Shown: positions 31,594-40,130 of the stretch, one piece after another
How the letters are laid out: every line of letters begins with the position of its first letter
Numbering within the stretch: position 1 is the stretch's first letter
Assembly: GCA_045536565.1 (NCBI GenBank)
Contig: JAZSNU010000002.1
Coordinates: 1 to 61,796 of the forward strand
DNA length: 61,796 nt
From: Clostridia bacterium
GTDB lineage: Bacteria; Bacillota; Clostridia; TANB77; CAG-465
Direction: 5' to 3'
Position numbers and translations under genes: made by a program
The notes under the pieces: generated by a model
The model's database searches: none
What the model was told of the DNA's origin: nothing
The model's input: the letters and a program-made list of their open reading frames with translations, nothing else

Positions 31594-31670
31594 AAAATTA
31601 CCTCTTTCTAATTCAAAATTTAATCTAATTATATTTTACTATCTTTATTTAAGTTTAGTATTTACATTTC

Positions 31671-33848
31671 TTAGTGTAAATCTGTTGTATCAACAAATTT
31701 TACAGTTATAATAGAGCCTTTTTGTACAACATCACCCGGACTAGGATCTTGTATAATTGCATTTCCATTTCCTATTATTCTAATGTTCAGCCCCGCATTT
31801 TTTAATGTTTTTGTTGCTTTAGCAACTGTCATATCTCTAATATCTGGAACAGTAACGGTCAATTTTTCACTATCCAAACTTCTATATACCCTTATGGTTG
31901 AACCAGATACTAGACTTGCACCTACCTTTGGCGTTTGATCAGTTATCAAATCATCTGCTTCAAATTTACTATCTGATGATATTAAGAAGCCAAGTTCTTT
32001 TAATGTCTGTTCAGCCTGTGAATATGTTTTACCAGTTAAATCTGGTACCAATATTTCCTCAATGTTATTTTCTTCTAATGTATAATCTGGATTTACATCT
32101 AAATATCTTAGTGTTTCATCAATGATATTAGATACAACCGGTGCACAAATAGTACCACCTTGGTGACCTTGTGGACCAGTCGGATTATATAGGTTAAGTA
32201 TAATACAAACTTCTGGATCTGTTACTGGTGCTATACCAACAAATGATGCCATATACCAAAGATTGCTTCCCCTTCCTTGCTCACCAGTTCCTGTTTTTCC
32301 TGCTACTGAATAACCTCTAACTTTTGCTGCCTTACCTGTTCCTTCTTCAACAGTCGAATAAAGAGCATCTAAAATACTAGCCGCAGTTTCTTCTGATATT
32401 ACTCTTTTTTTAATTTTTGGCTCTGTCTTAGAAATCAAATTACCATCAGATGATCTAATTTCACTAACAACATATGGTGTTACTATTTCCCCACCATTTG
32501 CCACCGCTGCTGCTGTTACTAAACTTTGCAGTGGTGTTATTTGGAATGTCTGACCAAATCCTGTTGTAGCCAAATCTACCTCCGTCATTGTTTCAGGATT
32601 GTGCAAAATTCCTCCTACCTCTCCTGGAAGATCAATTCCTGTTTTATCTTTTAAATTAAACGCCTCTAAATATTCACAATATTTATCTATTCCAATTTTT
32701 ATTGCACTTTGCATAAATACTGGGTTACATGAATTCATTATACCTTGTCTTAAACTTTGTGAACCATGAGATCTTGGATGTCTCCAACAACGAATAGTCC
32801 ACCCGCCTATTTTCATAGCACCTGAACAATTAAAAGCCCCTGCCTGATCAATTTCTGCTAAGCCTTCTTCAAGCACAGCAGATGATGTTACTATTTTAAA
32901 GGTAGAACCCGGCTCTGCTGTATTTGATATTGCTTTGTTTCTCCATATATCATTAAGAGCAGCTGATTTTTCCTCTGGTGACATAGAGTCCCATTTTGCA
33001 ATTAATTCTTCCGTGTTTGGTTCAAAAGCATTATTAGGATCAAAATCCGGATAAGTTGCCATAGCAAGTATTTCACCTGTTTTTGGTCTCATCATTATTA
33101 TTGCCCCATAATTTGCAACATTTTCCTTTACAGCCTTTGCTAAATTCTTTTCAACTATACTTTGTATTGTTGCATCTACCGTAAGAACTAAATCGTATCC
33201 ATCAATAGGCGCAACATATTGTTCCTCTTTATACGGTGTTTCTCTTCCTTTACCGTCAGCACTTCCAACTATTTTACCAGGAACACCCGAAAGTTCTTCA
33301 TCATATTTTAATTCTAGTCCATATAATCCTTGGCCATCAGTACCTGTAAAGCCTAAAACATGTGATAACAAATTATTGTATTGATATATTCTTTTTGTTG
33401 ATTCATCAACTTTAATTCCATTTATTTCATTATCTAAAACATATTTATATACTTCTGTTGCAGCATCTTCATCTACTTTTGTTTTTATTGTAACTAATGA
33501 AACTTTTTTATTTAATTTTGCAAGTACATCATCTTCTTCAAGTTCTAAAATTTTTGCCAAGTCCTTTGCTACTTGCTCTTTATTCTCTATATCATTTGGA
33601 ACAGCACTAATTGTATTAGTTGATATACTTTGTGCAAGTTTTTTCTCACCTGTGGCATCATATATAGTTCCCCTAGTTGCTGCAACACTTCTATCTCTTG
33701 TCTGCTGTTTATATGCTTTTTCTTCGTAATAGTCCCCTTTTATTATTTGAAGATAAAAAAGTCTACCTACTAAAAAAAGCATCAATATAACAGTAAATAT
33801 TAAAATAACTTTTACCCTTTTTTTGTTTTTTACGCTAGCAAACGCCAA
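31671..33848 (-). CDS. Class B penicillin-binding protein with two PASTA domains (SpoVD/FtsI-like)
   Basis: STFK, SCN, KTG motifs; C-terminal VPDL/VPDI PASTA repeats; dcw position. Confidence 0.9.
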   Translation of the reverse strand: MAFASVKNKKRVKVILIFTVILMLFLVGRLFYLQIIKGDYYEEKAYKQQTRDRSVAATRGTIYDATGEKKLAQSISTNTISAVPNDIENKEQVAKDLAKILELEEDDVLAKLNKKVSLVTIKTKVDEDAATEVYKYVLDNEINGIKVDESTKRIYQYNNLLSHVLGFTGTDGQGLYGLELKYDEELSGVPGKIVGSADGKGRETPYKEEQYVAPIDGYDLVLTVDATIQSIVEKNLAKAVKENVANYGAIIMMRPKTGEILAMATYPDFDPNNAFEPNTEELIAKWDSMSPEEKSAALNDIWRNKAISNTAEPGSTFKIVTSSAVLEEGLAEIDQAGAFNCSGAMKIGGWTIRCWRHPRSHGSQSLRQGIMNSCNPVFMQSAIKIGIDKYCEYLEAFNLKDKTGIDLPGEVGGILHNPETMTEVDLATTGFGQTFQITPLQSLVTAAAVANGGEIVTPYVVSEIRSSDGNLISKTEPKIKKRVISEETAASILDALYSTVEEGTGKAAKVRGYSVAGKTGTGEQGRGSNLWYMASFVGIAPVTDPEVCIILNLYNPTGPQGHQGGTICAPVVSNIIDETLRYLDVNPDYTLEENNIEEILVPDLTGKTYSQAEQTLKELGFLISSDSKFEADDLITDQTPKVGASLVSGSTIRVYRSLDSEKLTVTVPDIRDMTVAKATKTLKNAGLNIRIIGNGNAIIQDPSPGDVVQKGSIITVKFVDTTDLH

Positions 33849-34018
33849 TTAGTTTCACACCCCTTAAATCTTATACATTATATCATATATGCATCAATAT
33901 ATTCTATGTTTTTTTATATATTTTAGAATTTTTTAACGAATTTATTTATATAAAAATCTTATCACAAACCCGAAAAATAAGCAACAATACGATTAAAACA
34001 AAAAGGTAAAAATTGCAT

Positions 34019-34047
34019 TTGACAAAAACAAATTCATATGTTAGTAT
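34019..34047 (+). promoter_or_regulatory. sigma-A promoter for putative antisense sRNA
   Basis: TTGACA-17 bp-TAGTAT with extended TG; oriented against the dcw cluster. Confidence 0.7.
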
Positions 34048-34053
34048 GTATAT

Positions 34054-34165
34054 ATACAACAAAAAAACATAAAATAATAGGGAACATTCAGTTTGGTACA
34101 TTGAATGTCTACCTTAAGATTTTTCTTAAAGGCACTCATTTATGCTTAATGAGTGTCATTTTTTT
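34054..34165 (+). ncRNA. Putative type I antitoxin sRNA (~110 nt)
   Basis: Strong promoter, no SD-led ORF seen, hairpins ACATTCA/TGAATGT and TTAAGA/TCTTAA, ends in terminator GGCACTCATT/AATGAGTGTC + T7. Confidence 0.6.
34131..34165 (+). terminator. Intrinsic terminator overlapping the peptide stop codon
   Basis: GGCACTCATT-tatgctt-AATGAGTGTC-aTTTTTTT. Confidence 0.8.
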
Positions 34166-34248
34166 ATTTCTATTACCAGTACAGCAAGGAGAGATAAAAT
34201 GATACAAATGTATCTTAGAAACTTCAATATAAAGATTCTTTTCTTCAT
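34156..34248 (-). CDS. 30-aa hydrophobic peptide, putative type I toxin (MKKRIFILKFLRYICIILSLLAVLVIEIKK)
   Basis: AAAGGAGG SD at 34259-34266, single TM helix flanked by Lys/Arg, own promoter TTTATA-17-TATAAT (34320-34348). Confidence 0.7.
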   Translation of the reverse strand: MKKRIFILKFLRYICIILSLLAVLVIEIKK

Positions 34249-34459
34249 TTTTATCAAACCTCCTTTCTCTTTCAAGATTAGAGGTAGACACTCTAATAAC
34301 TGATGTTCCCTATGAAAAGATTATACTACTCTATAAGTGTTTTATAAATAACTATAAGTTGTTTTTTATGAAAATTTTATACAAAAAAAAACAAACAGAA
34401 AAGACATCTAATTCTTCTCTGTTTATTCTTTGTAATCTTAAAAATATATTTTTAATTGT

Positions 34460-34921
34460 TTAATTAAATGCTCCCTTTATTTTTTCTACTAAGCTCATTA
34501 TCATGTTACTTGCTGATACTTTTTGTACTGTTTCTTCATTTTCCATATTAATATATATTAACTGACTTTTTTCAGGTTTTTGCATTCCCAATTGTTGTTT
34601 AGCATAAGCTTCAACTTCTGATTCATTCATTATTTCTTCCATTGCTATTTGTGTAGTTGCAAGTTCAGATTTAGCAACAACCAAATCTTGCTTTAATTCT
34701 TGAACATGCAAGTTTTTTTCACTTATTACATTATATCTATATGTTATTACCATAAACATAGTAAATATAATTAAAGTAGTTAAAACTAATGTAGCCCTAT
34801 TACTTTTTGATATTGTATTTTTATTTGTATTCTTTATTAATCTGAACTTATCTTCTGATTTGTTTATTGTTTTCTTTTCAGGCAAGCTTAAATCATAAAG
34901 ATACTTCTTCTCTGCTACCAT
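34460..34921 (-). CDS. ftsL: Cell division protein FtsL
   Basis: TM + coiled coil + VEAYAKQQLGM; follows rsmH. Confidence 0.85.
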   Translation of the reverse strand: MVAEKKYLYDLSLPEKKTINKSEDKFRLIKNTNKNTISKSNRATLVLTTLIIFTMFMVITYRYNVISEKNLHVQELKQDLVVAKSELATTQIAMEEIMNESEVEAYAKQQLGMQKPEKSQLIYINMENEETVQKVSASNMIMSLVEKIKGAFN

Positions 34922-34936
34922 TAGTTTTCCCCTTTC

Positions 34937-35869
34937 TTAAATTCTTTCAAACACTCTTAACTTTGCACTTTTAGACCTTGTATTAATCTCCATTTCTTCC
35001 TCAGTTGGAAGTATTGGCTTTTTAGTAATTATTTTTCCATAAGAAACATAATTACAAACACATTTTGGAAAATCTTTCGGGCAAGTGCATTTCCCTTGCA
35101 TTTCCTCAAATACTCTTTTAACTATTCTATCTTCTAATGAATGGAAAGATATAACGCAAAGTCTTCCATTCTTGTTTAATGCTTTTATAGCATCTCTTAT
35201 TCCGTTTTCCAGTAGTTTTATTTCACTATTTACTTCTATTCTTATTGCTTGAAATACTCTTTTCGCAGGATGCCCTTTATCCATTAACACTTTCTTTGGC
35301 ACACTGCTTTTTATTATATTAACTAATTCTAGCGTAGTTTCTATTTCTTTATTTTCTCTTACCTCTATTATTTTCCTTGCTATTTGCTTCGAGAATTTTT
35401 CTTCCCCATAATCAAAAAATATTCTTACAAGTTCTTCCTCTGAATATTTATTTACAACTTCTTTTGCTGTTAAAATATCATCTTGATTCATTCTCATATC
35501 CAAAGTAGCGTCTTGCATATAACTGAATCCTCGGCTTGCATCATCTAACTGATAAGAAGATACTCCTAAGTCAAGTAAAATACCATCTACGCCATTTATA
35601 TCTAATTTTTCTATAATATTTAATATATTTACATGATTATCATGTACCGCTTTAAAATTATCATAGGCTGATAATTTTTGTTTTGCTACTTTTAATGCTT
35701 CTGTATCTCTATCTATACCTATAAGAAGACCTGTACCATTTAATCTTTGTAATATAACTGACGAATGTCCAGCAAGACCTAACGTACCGTCTACATAAAC
35801 TCCGTCTTTTTTAATATTTAAATTTTCTATACATTCATCTTTTAAAACTGGTATATGACTAAACTCCAT
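34937..35869 (-). CDS. rsmH: 16S rRNA m4C1402 methyltransferase
   Basis: HIPVL, DGTLGLAGH, DLGVSS, FQAIRIEVN, FHSLED, RSKSAKLR. Confidence 0.97.
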   Translation of the reverse strand: MEFSHIPVLKDECIENLNIKKDGVYVDGTLGLAGHSSVILQRLNGTGLLIGIDRDTEALKVAKQKLSAYDNFKAVHDNHVNILNIIEKLDINGVDGILLDLGVSSYQLDDASRGFSYMQDATLDMRMNQDDILTAKEVVNKYSEEELVRIFFDYGEEKFSKQIARKIIEVRENKEIETTLELVNIIKSSVPKKVLMDKGHPAKRVFQAIRIEVNSEIKLLENGIRDAIKALNKNGRLCVISFHSLEDRIVKRVFEEMQGKCTCPKDFPKCVCNYVSYGKIITKKPILPTEEEMEINTRSKSAKLRVFERI

Positions 35870-35898
35870 TTTTTACTCCATTTAATAAAATTAATATT

Positions 35899-36038
35899 TC
35901 TTTTGTTTATTAAACTTTTTATCTTTTGTTTATTAATAATTTTTCCTTTGTTGAGGAGAATTGACTTTTGTATATTTGTAATCTTTTGTTTTAACATATT
36001 TATTTCTTTTGTTAATTTAAATAATTTATCTTTTGTTT
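35899..36038. repeat. Array of seven TCTTTTGTT-like motifs, 18-24 bp spacing
   Basis: Copies start at 35899, 35922, 35944, 35964, 35982, 36005, 36029. Confidence 0.7.
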
Positions 36039-36065
36039 CTTAAAATCCTTAGTTTTCATATATAG

Positions 36066-36497
36066 TTAAATGCCAAGATCTGACATCTGACTAGCAACCT
36101 CTTCTACGCTTATATTATCTTCGCTTGTATAATTAGTCCATTTTTCTCTATCCCATATTTCTGCTCTTGTTATCGCACCAATTACTACAACCTCTTTTGA
36201 AAGTCCAGCATATTCTCTTAAATGAGCAGGAAGAACTATTCTGCCTTGTTTATCTAGTTGACATTCTGTTGCACCTGCTGCAAAGAATCTTGTGAACACC
36301 CTAGCGTTTTGATTAGTTAGTGGAAGTGCTTTTAGTTTTGCTTCAAATGTTTGCCATTCAGCAATTGAATAAATGAATAAGCAGTTATCTAAACCTTTTG
36401 TCACAATAAAAGTGCTACCTAAGTCATCTCTAAACTTAGATGGTACTATAAGTCTTGATTTTTCGTCGATTGAATGATTATATTCACCTAGTAACAA
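36066..36497 (-). CDS. mraZ: Division/cell wall cluster transcriptional repressor MraZ (start probably TTG 36497)
   Basis: GEYNHSIDEKSRL, DKQGRI duplicated motifs. Confidence 0.97.
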   Translation of the reverse strand: MLLGEYNHSIDEKSRLIVPSKFRDDLGSTFIVTKGLDNCLFIYSIAEWQTFEAKLKALPLTNQNARVFTRFFAAGATECQLDKQGRIVLPAHLREYAGLSKEVVVIGAITRAEIWDREKWTNYTSEDNISVEEVASQMSDLGI

Positions 36498-36509
36498 AAG
36501 TTTCACCCC

Positions 36510-36575
36510 CTACCACTTTGCTCCACTTTACTCCACCTGTACCCATATTTTAGTATAAACGCAAAAAAAATGCAA
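36510..36575 (-). promoter_or_regulatory. dcw promoter and MraZ binding boxes
   Basis: TTGCAT-17-TAAAAT (36547-36575), then GTGGAG/GTGGAG/GTGGTA repeats at 10-bp period (36511-36536). Confidence 0.8.
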
Positions 36576-36645
36576 TACCTTTTTATAAAAAAGTTTATTT
36601 TTTTATAAAAAAAGTTTGCATAAAAATTTTATTCTCTATATTTTA

Positions 36646-37341
36646 TTAATCAACTTTTAGTTCTAATAACTTTTGATCCCTAAATCCTAATACCCTTCCT
36701 ATTATATTATTTGGGAATTTATTTAGCAATATATTATATTCAGTTACATCTATATTATATGTTCTTCTAGCCGCTTGTAATTTACTTTCTTCTTTTACTA
36801 ATTGTTCTTGTAAATTCAAGAAACTCTCACACACTTTTAATTCAGGATAATTTTCTAATGTAAATATTATATTATCATATTCTTTATTTAAAAATTCTTT
36901 TTCAATTATGGCATTACTATTAATATATTTCTCTCTAATCTTAATCATTTGTTCTAATACTTTTTGCTGGTAGTTGCAATTTTCTTTAACTACTGTAACT
37001 AAATTTGGTATTAAATCAAATCTATGTTTTAAAAATATATCTATATTAGCAAAATCTTTTTGTATTTCTTTATTTTTAGATGCTAATTTATTATATAGTT
37101 TTATAACATAATAACATAATAATACACTCAAACCAATTATAGTTGACCAAACAGAAAATCCACATTCTTCCCAAAATTTATCTTTCAACATTTTATTTGA
37201 AAACTCAGAAGAAATAGAAAGTATTGGTTCAGTTCGTTCTTTAAATTCTACATAGCTGCTATATCCAGAAAAGAAATTAACTAAAACAATAATTGCAAAC
37301 AATAATATAAAAATCCCCTTAGGAGCTAATATTTTATTCAT
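36646..37341 (-). CDS. lemA: LemA family protein with extra N-terminal TM segment
   Basis: RFDLIPNLV, ENYPELK, RRTYN, FPNNII. Confidence 0.85.
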   Translation of the reverse strand: MNKILAPKGIFILLFAIIVLVNFFSGYSSYVEFKERTEPILSISSEFSNKMLKDKFWEECGFSVWSTIIGLSVLLCYYVIKLYNKLASKNKEIQKDFANIDIFLKHRFDLIPNLVTVVKENCNYQQKVLEQMIKIREKYINSNAIIEKEFLNKEYDNIIFTLENYPELKVCESFLNLQEQLVKEESKLQAARRTYNIDVTEYNILLNKFPNNIIGRVLGFRDQKLLELKVD

Positions 37342-37352
37342 ATACTTTCCTC

Positions 37353-38327
37353 CTATATAACCAATTCTGATATAGTGTTAAAAAGCTCGCTAATCATATT
37401 TTTTATATTAATTACTTTCGTTATGTCATCATACATATCGTTTTGAAAATCTTCGTATTTTCTAATTTCAAATATGGTATAATCGTATAATCTAATATAC
37501 ATAGTATTATTACTTAGCACTAAATCATATTTTAAATTATATTTTTCTCTAATCTCAATTAATTTCAACATCACATCATGAGTAAGAATTTGCAACGCTT
37601 TAATTTCATCGTTAGAAGTAACTTCAAAATACTTTTCAAACTCGTCCATATCTACTGATATTTTATTTTTATCACCTTTTAAAGAAGATATTTCAACTTT
37701 TGCATTTATGTTTATTGGCAAATTTAGTTTTCCCACTAAGCCAATAAACTTAGTAGAATAATATGTATTGCCTTCATCATCTCTTTCTTCTGTTTCAGTT
37801 AATACATTTGAAGCCTCAAATAATGTATTATTACCCATACCGAATCTTATATAATCATTAGAATAGAATCTATCATATCTTTCATTTAGGCTTGCCTGTA
37901 TAAAAGTATATACATCTATACCTTTTGTATGTTCATATTCAAAATTAGTTAGTGTATTTTCAAAAACAGGATATATAATTTGTTTTGTTATAATTGGATA
38001 TAATACTTCTTCATAATGTAATCTTTTTTTGTTTCGTTTATTAGATTTTATTATCATCCATATTGGTAATATTATAATCAATATCAATATTATATTTGTG
38101 ATAAGTTTAACCAACGATACTTTATCATATAAGAGCACAACAATGGCTGCTGCTGGATAAATCACTAATGGACTAAACAATGTAAATAACACCATAAACA
38201 CTAACAACTTTTTCTTTGCCTTCTTAGGCTTAATATTTATTCTTTTGTACTCATCAAATATATTTTTAATATTTATATAATTCTGACTCATAATTTCAAT
38301 ATATTTTTGTTTTATTTCAACACTCAT
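37353..38327 (-). CDS. DUF3137-like membrane protein
   Basis: Two TMs, FEKYFEVTSNDEIKALQILT motif, adjacent to lemA. Confidence 0.7.
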   Translation of the reverse strand: MSVEIKQKYIEIMSQNYINIKNIFDEYKRINIKPKKAKKKLLVFMVLFTLFSPLVIYPAAAIVVLLYDKVSLVKLITNIILILIIILPIWMIIKSNKRNKKRLHYEEVLYPIITKQIIYPVFENTLTNFEYEHTKGIDVYTFIQASLNERYDRFYSNDYIRFGMGNNTLFEASNVLTETEERDDEGNTYYSTKFIGLVGKLNLPININAKVEISSLKGDKNKISVDMDEFEKYFEVTSNDEIKALQILTHDVMLKLIEIREKYNLKYDLVLSNNTMYIRLYDYTIFEIRKYEDFQNDMYDDITKVINIKNMISELFNTISELVI

Positions 38328-38447
38328 TTCTTCAACCCCTTTACCGTTTATATTTTAGTATATACAATACAATTTTTCAACCTTTTTAGGTTGAAAGTGT
38401 ATTAAAAAAAGAAGATAAGCATATAAGCTTACCTTCCTACATTTACA

Positions 38448-39431
38448 TTAATTTATATATGGGTATGGGTTAATACATGTATTATTTACTCTTATTTCAA
38501 AGTGTAAGTGTGGGCCTGTTGACCAACCTGTACTTCCCATTTCACCAATTTGTTGCCCTGCTCCAACCACATCGCCTTCTTTAACATTGAATGCGCTTAG
38601 ATGAGCGTAATATGTAACAACTCCACCTTCGTGTTGTATTTTTACTAAGTAACCATAACTGTTTTGCCATTTAGCATATATAACAGTACCTGCTTTATAT
38701 GCATATATAGGTGTACCTATCTTATTGGCAATATCTATACCTCTATGGCTTCCAGAATAGTATTGTGTATATATACCAGATGTTGGTTTAACACCACCAT
38801 TTACATTTACATTATTGCTATAACTTGCAGATGTTCCTTTATATGCACCAGAACCTCCGCTTGTTTTTTTAACAACTTTTTTAACCACTGGTTTATATCT
38901 ACTTACTAAATCATTATATATAGTTTTTGCTTTTTCGCTGTCTGTTATGTTATTAAGTTCAGCAACTTTTTCTTCTTTAACTTCTACATTTACACCTGTT
39001 GTATTTTTCTTTAAGTCATTTACATAGTTTTCAGCAGATTCTTTTGATGTAAATGTCATTTCTGCATTTTCTTTAACCATAACATTGTATATTGTATATT
39101 CTGTTTTTGCTATATCTCTAACAGATGTATATAAGTTTTGTTCCTCTAATACACTTTTTCTAACATAACTTAATTCATAAGTTGGGTCTGAATCTAAATA
39201 TACTTTAACTTCAACCCCATCTGCTTTCTTTTCATTCGCTATTACTTCGAATATTTCATCAAATTCGGCTTCTGTTTTAAAATATCCTACAATATTATCA
39301 TTTATTTTTGCTCTATATGTTGGTGTATAAATATTCAGTATTGTAACCATAACGGCACTTAATGTTAAAACAAATAATAAAACTGTAAAAAATATGAATC
39401 TTAGCGTTCTGAGCACGCTACTTCCTTTCAT
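38448..39431 (-). CDS. M23 family metallopeptidase
   Basis: HRGIDIA, YAHL, STGPHLHFE; N-terminal TM; start probably ATG 39431. Confidence 0.92.
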   Translation of the reverse strand: MKGSSVLRTLRFIFFTVLLFVLTLSAVMVTILNIYTPTYRAKINDNIVGYFKTEAEFDEIFEVIANEKKADGVEVKVYLDSDPTYELSYVRKSVLEEQNLYTSVRDIAKTEYTIYNVMVKENAEMTFTSKESAENYVNDLKKNTTGVNVEVKEEKVAELNNITDSEKAKTIYNDLVSRYKPVVKKVVKKTSGGSGAYKGTSASYSNNVNVNGGVKPTSGIYTQYYSGSHRGIDIANKIGTPIYAYKAGTVIYAKWQNSYGYLVKIQHEGGVVTYYAHLSAFNVKEGDVVGAGQQIGEMGSTGWSTGPHLHFEIRVNNTCINPYPYIN

Positions 39432-39639
39432 TAATAAAACACCCCTTTTATTTCTTTGCCTCATACAATATCAATTATACCATAAATCGATTAGCATGTC
39501 AAATTTCGGCATATATTTCCTTAATATCAACCCTTTTGTAAAGTATTTTATCATATACTAAATTATATGTCAAATAAATTTCAAAATACCTTGTACACAC
39601 TGATATTGCGGTGTTTTAACGCAAAAGAAAAAGCCAGAG

Positions 39640-39966
39640 TTAATTTACTCTAGCTTTTCTCATCTTTCTCTTATATCCATTATAGGTTCTAACGCCTTTA
39701 ACGAATAAGTAAGGTGAAAAAATTGATACCAGTGCTACTAATACTCTTGAAAGTAATGTTGCATCACGATCAGCAATCGATTTGGTTATAAGATTTACTG
39801 AGTTGTAATATTCAATCATTTTTGCCTCATACATTGTAGAATCACTACTTTCAATTGCAAACGCTCTGCTCAATACAATATCGCCTGAAACAATTATCGT
39901 ATTAATACATATAAGCACGGTAAAAACCAAAATCCCTAAAATTATTATTTTTTTGCTTGTTTTCAT
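39640..39966 (-). CDS. Hypothetical two-TM membrane protein
   Basis: AAGGAG SD, two hydrophobic segments, basic tail. Confidence 0.65.
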   Translation of the reverse strand: MKTSKKIIILGILVFTVLICINTIIVSGDIVLSRAFAIESSDSTMYEAKMIEYYNSVNLITKSIADRDATLLSRVLVALVSIFSPYLFVKGVRTYNGYKRKMRKARVN

Positions 39967-40130
39967 AGTTAAAAAACTCCTTTATAATATAATATATACA
40001 TATATTATACCACTTTTTTATAAATAAATCAAATTTTATGGTAACATCGCACACTATTCTTCTATCTTTTGTTCAAAAAATAGTAACGCCACAATTAACG
40101 TTACTATTTTCTATTATATCATATAATTAA

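Noticed and set aside
35899-36038. CRISPR array or type III antitoxin repeats
   Set aside because: Repeat is only 9 nt with 9-15-nt spacers; no cas or ToxN-like gene nearby
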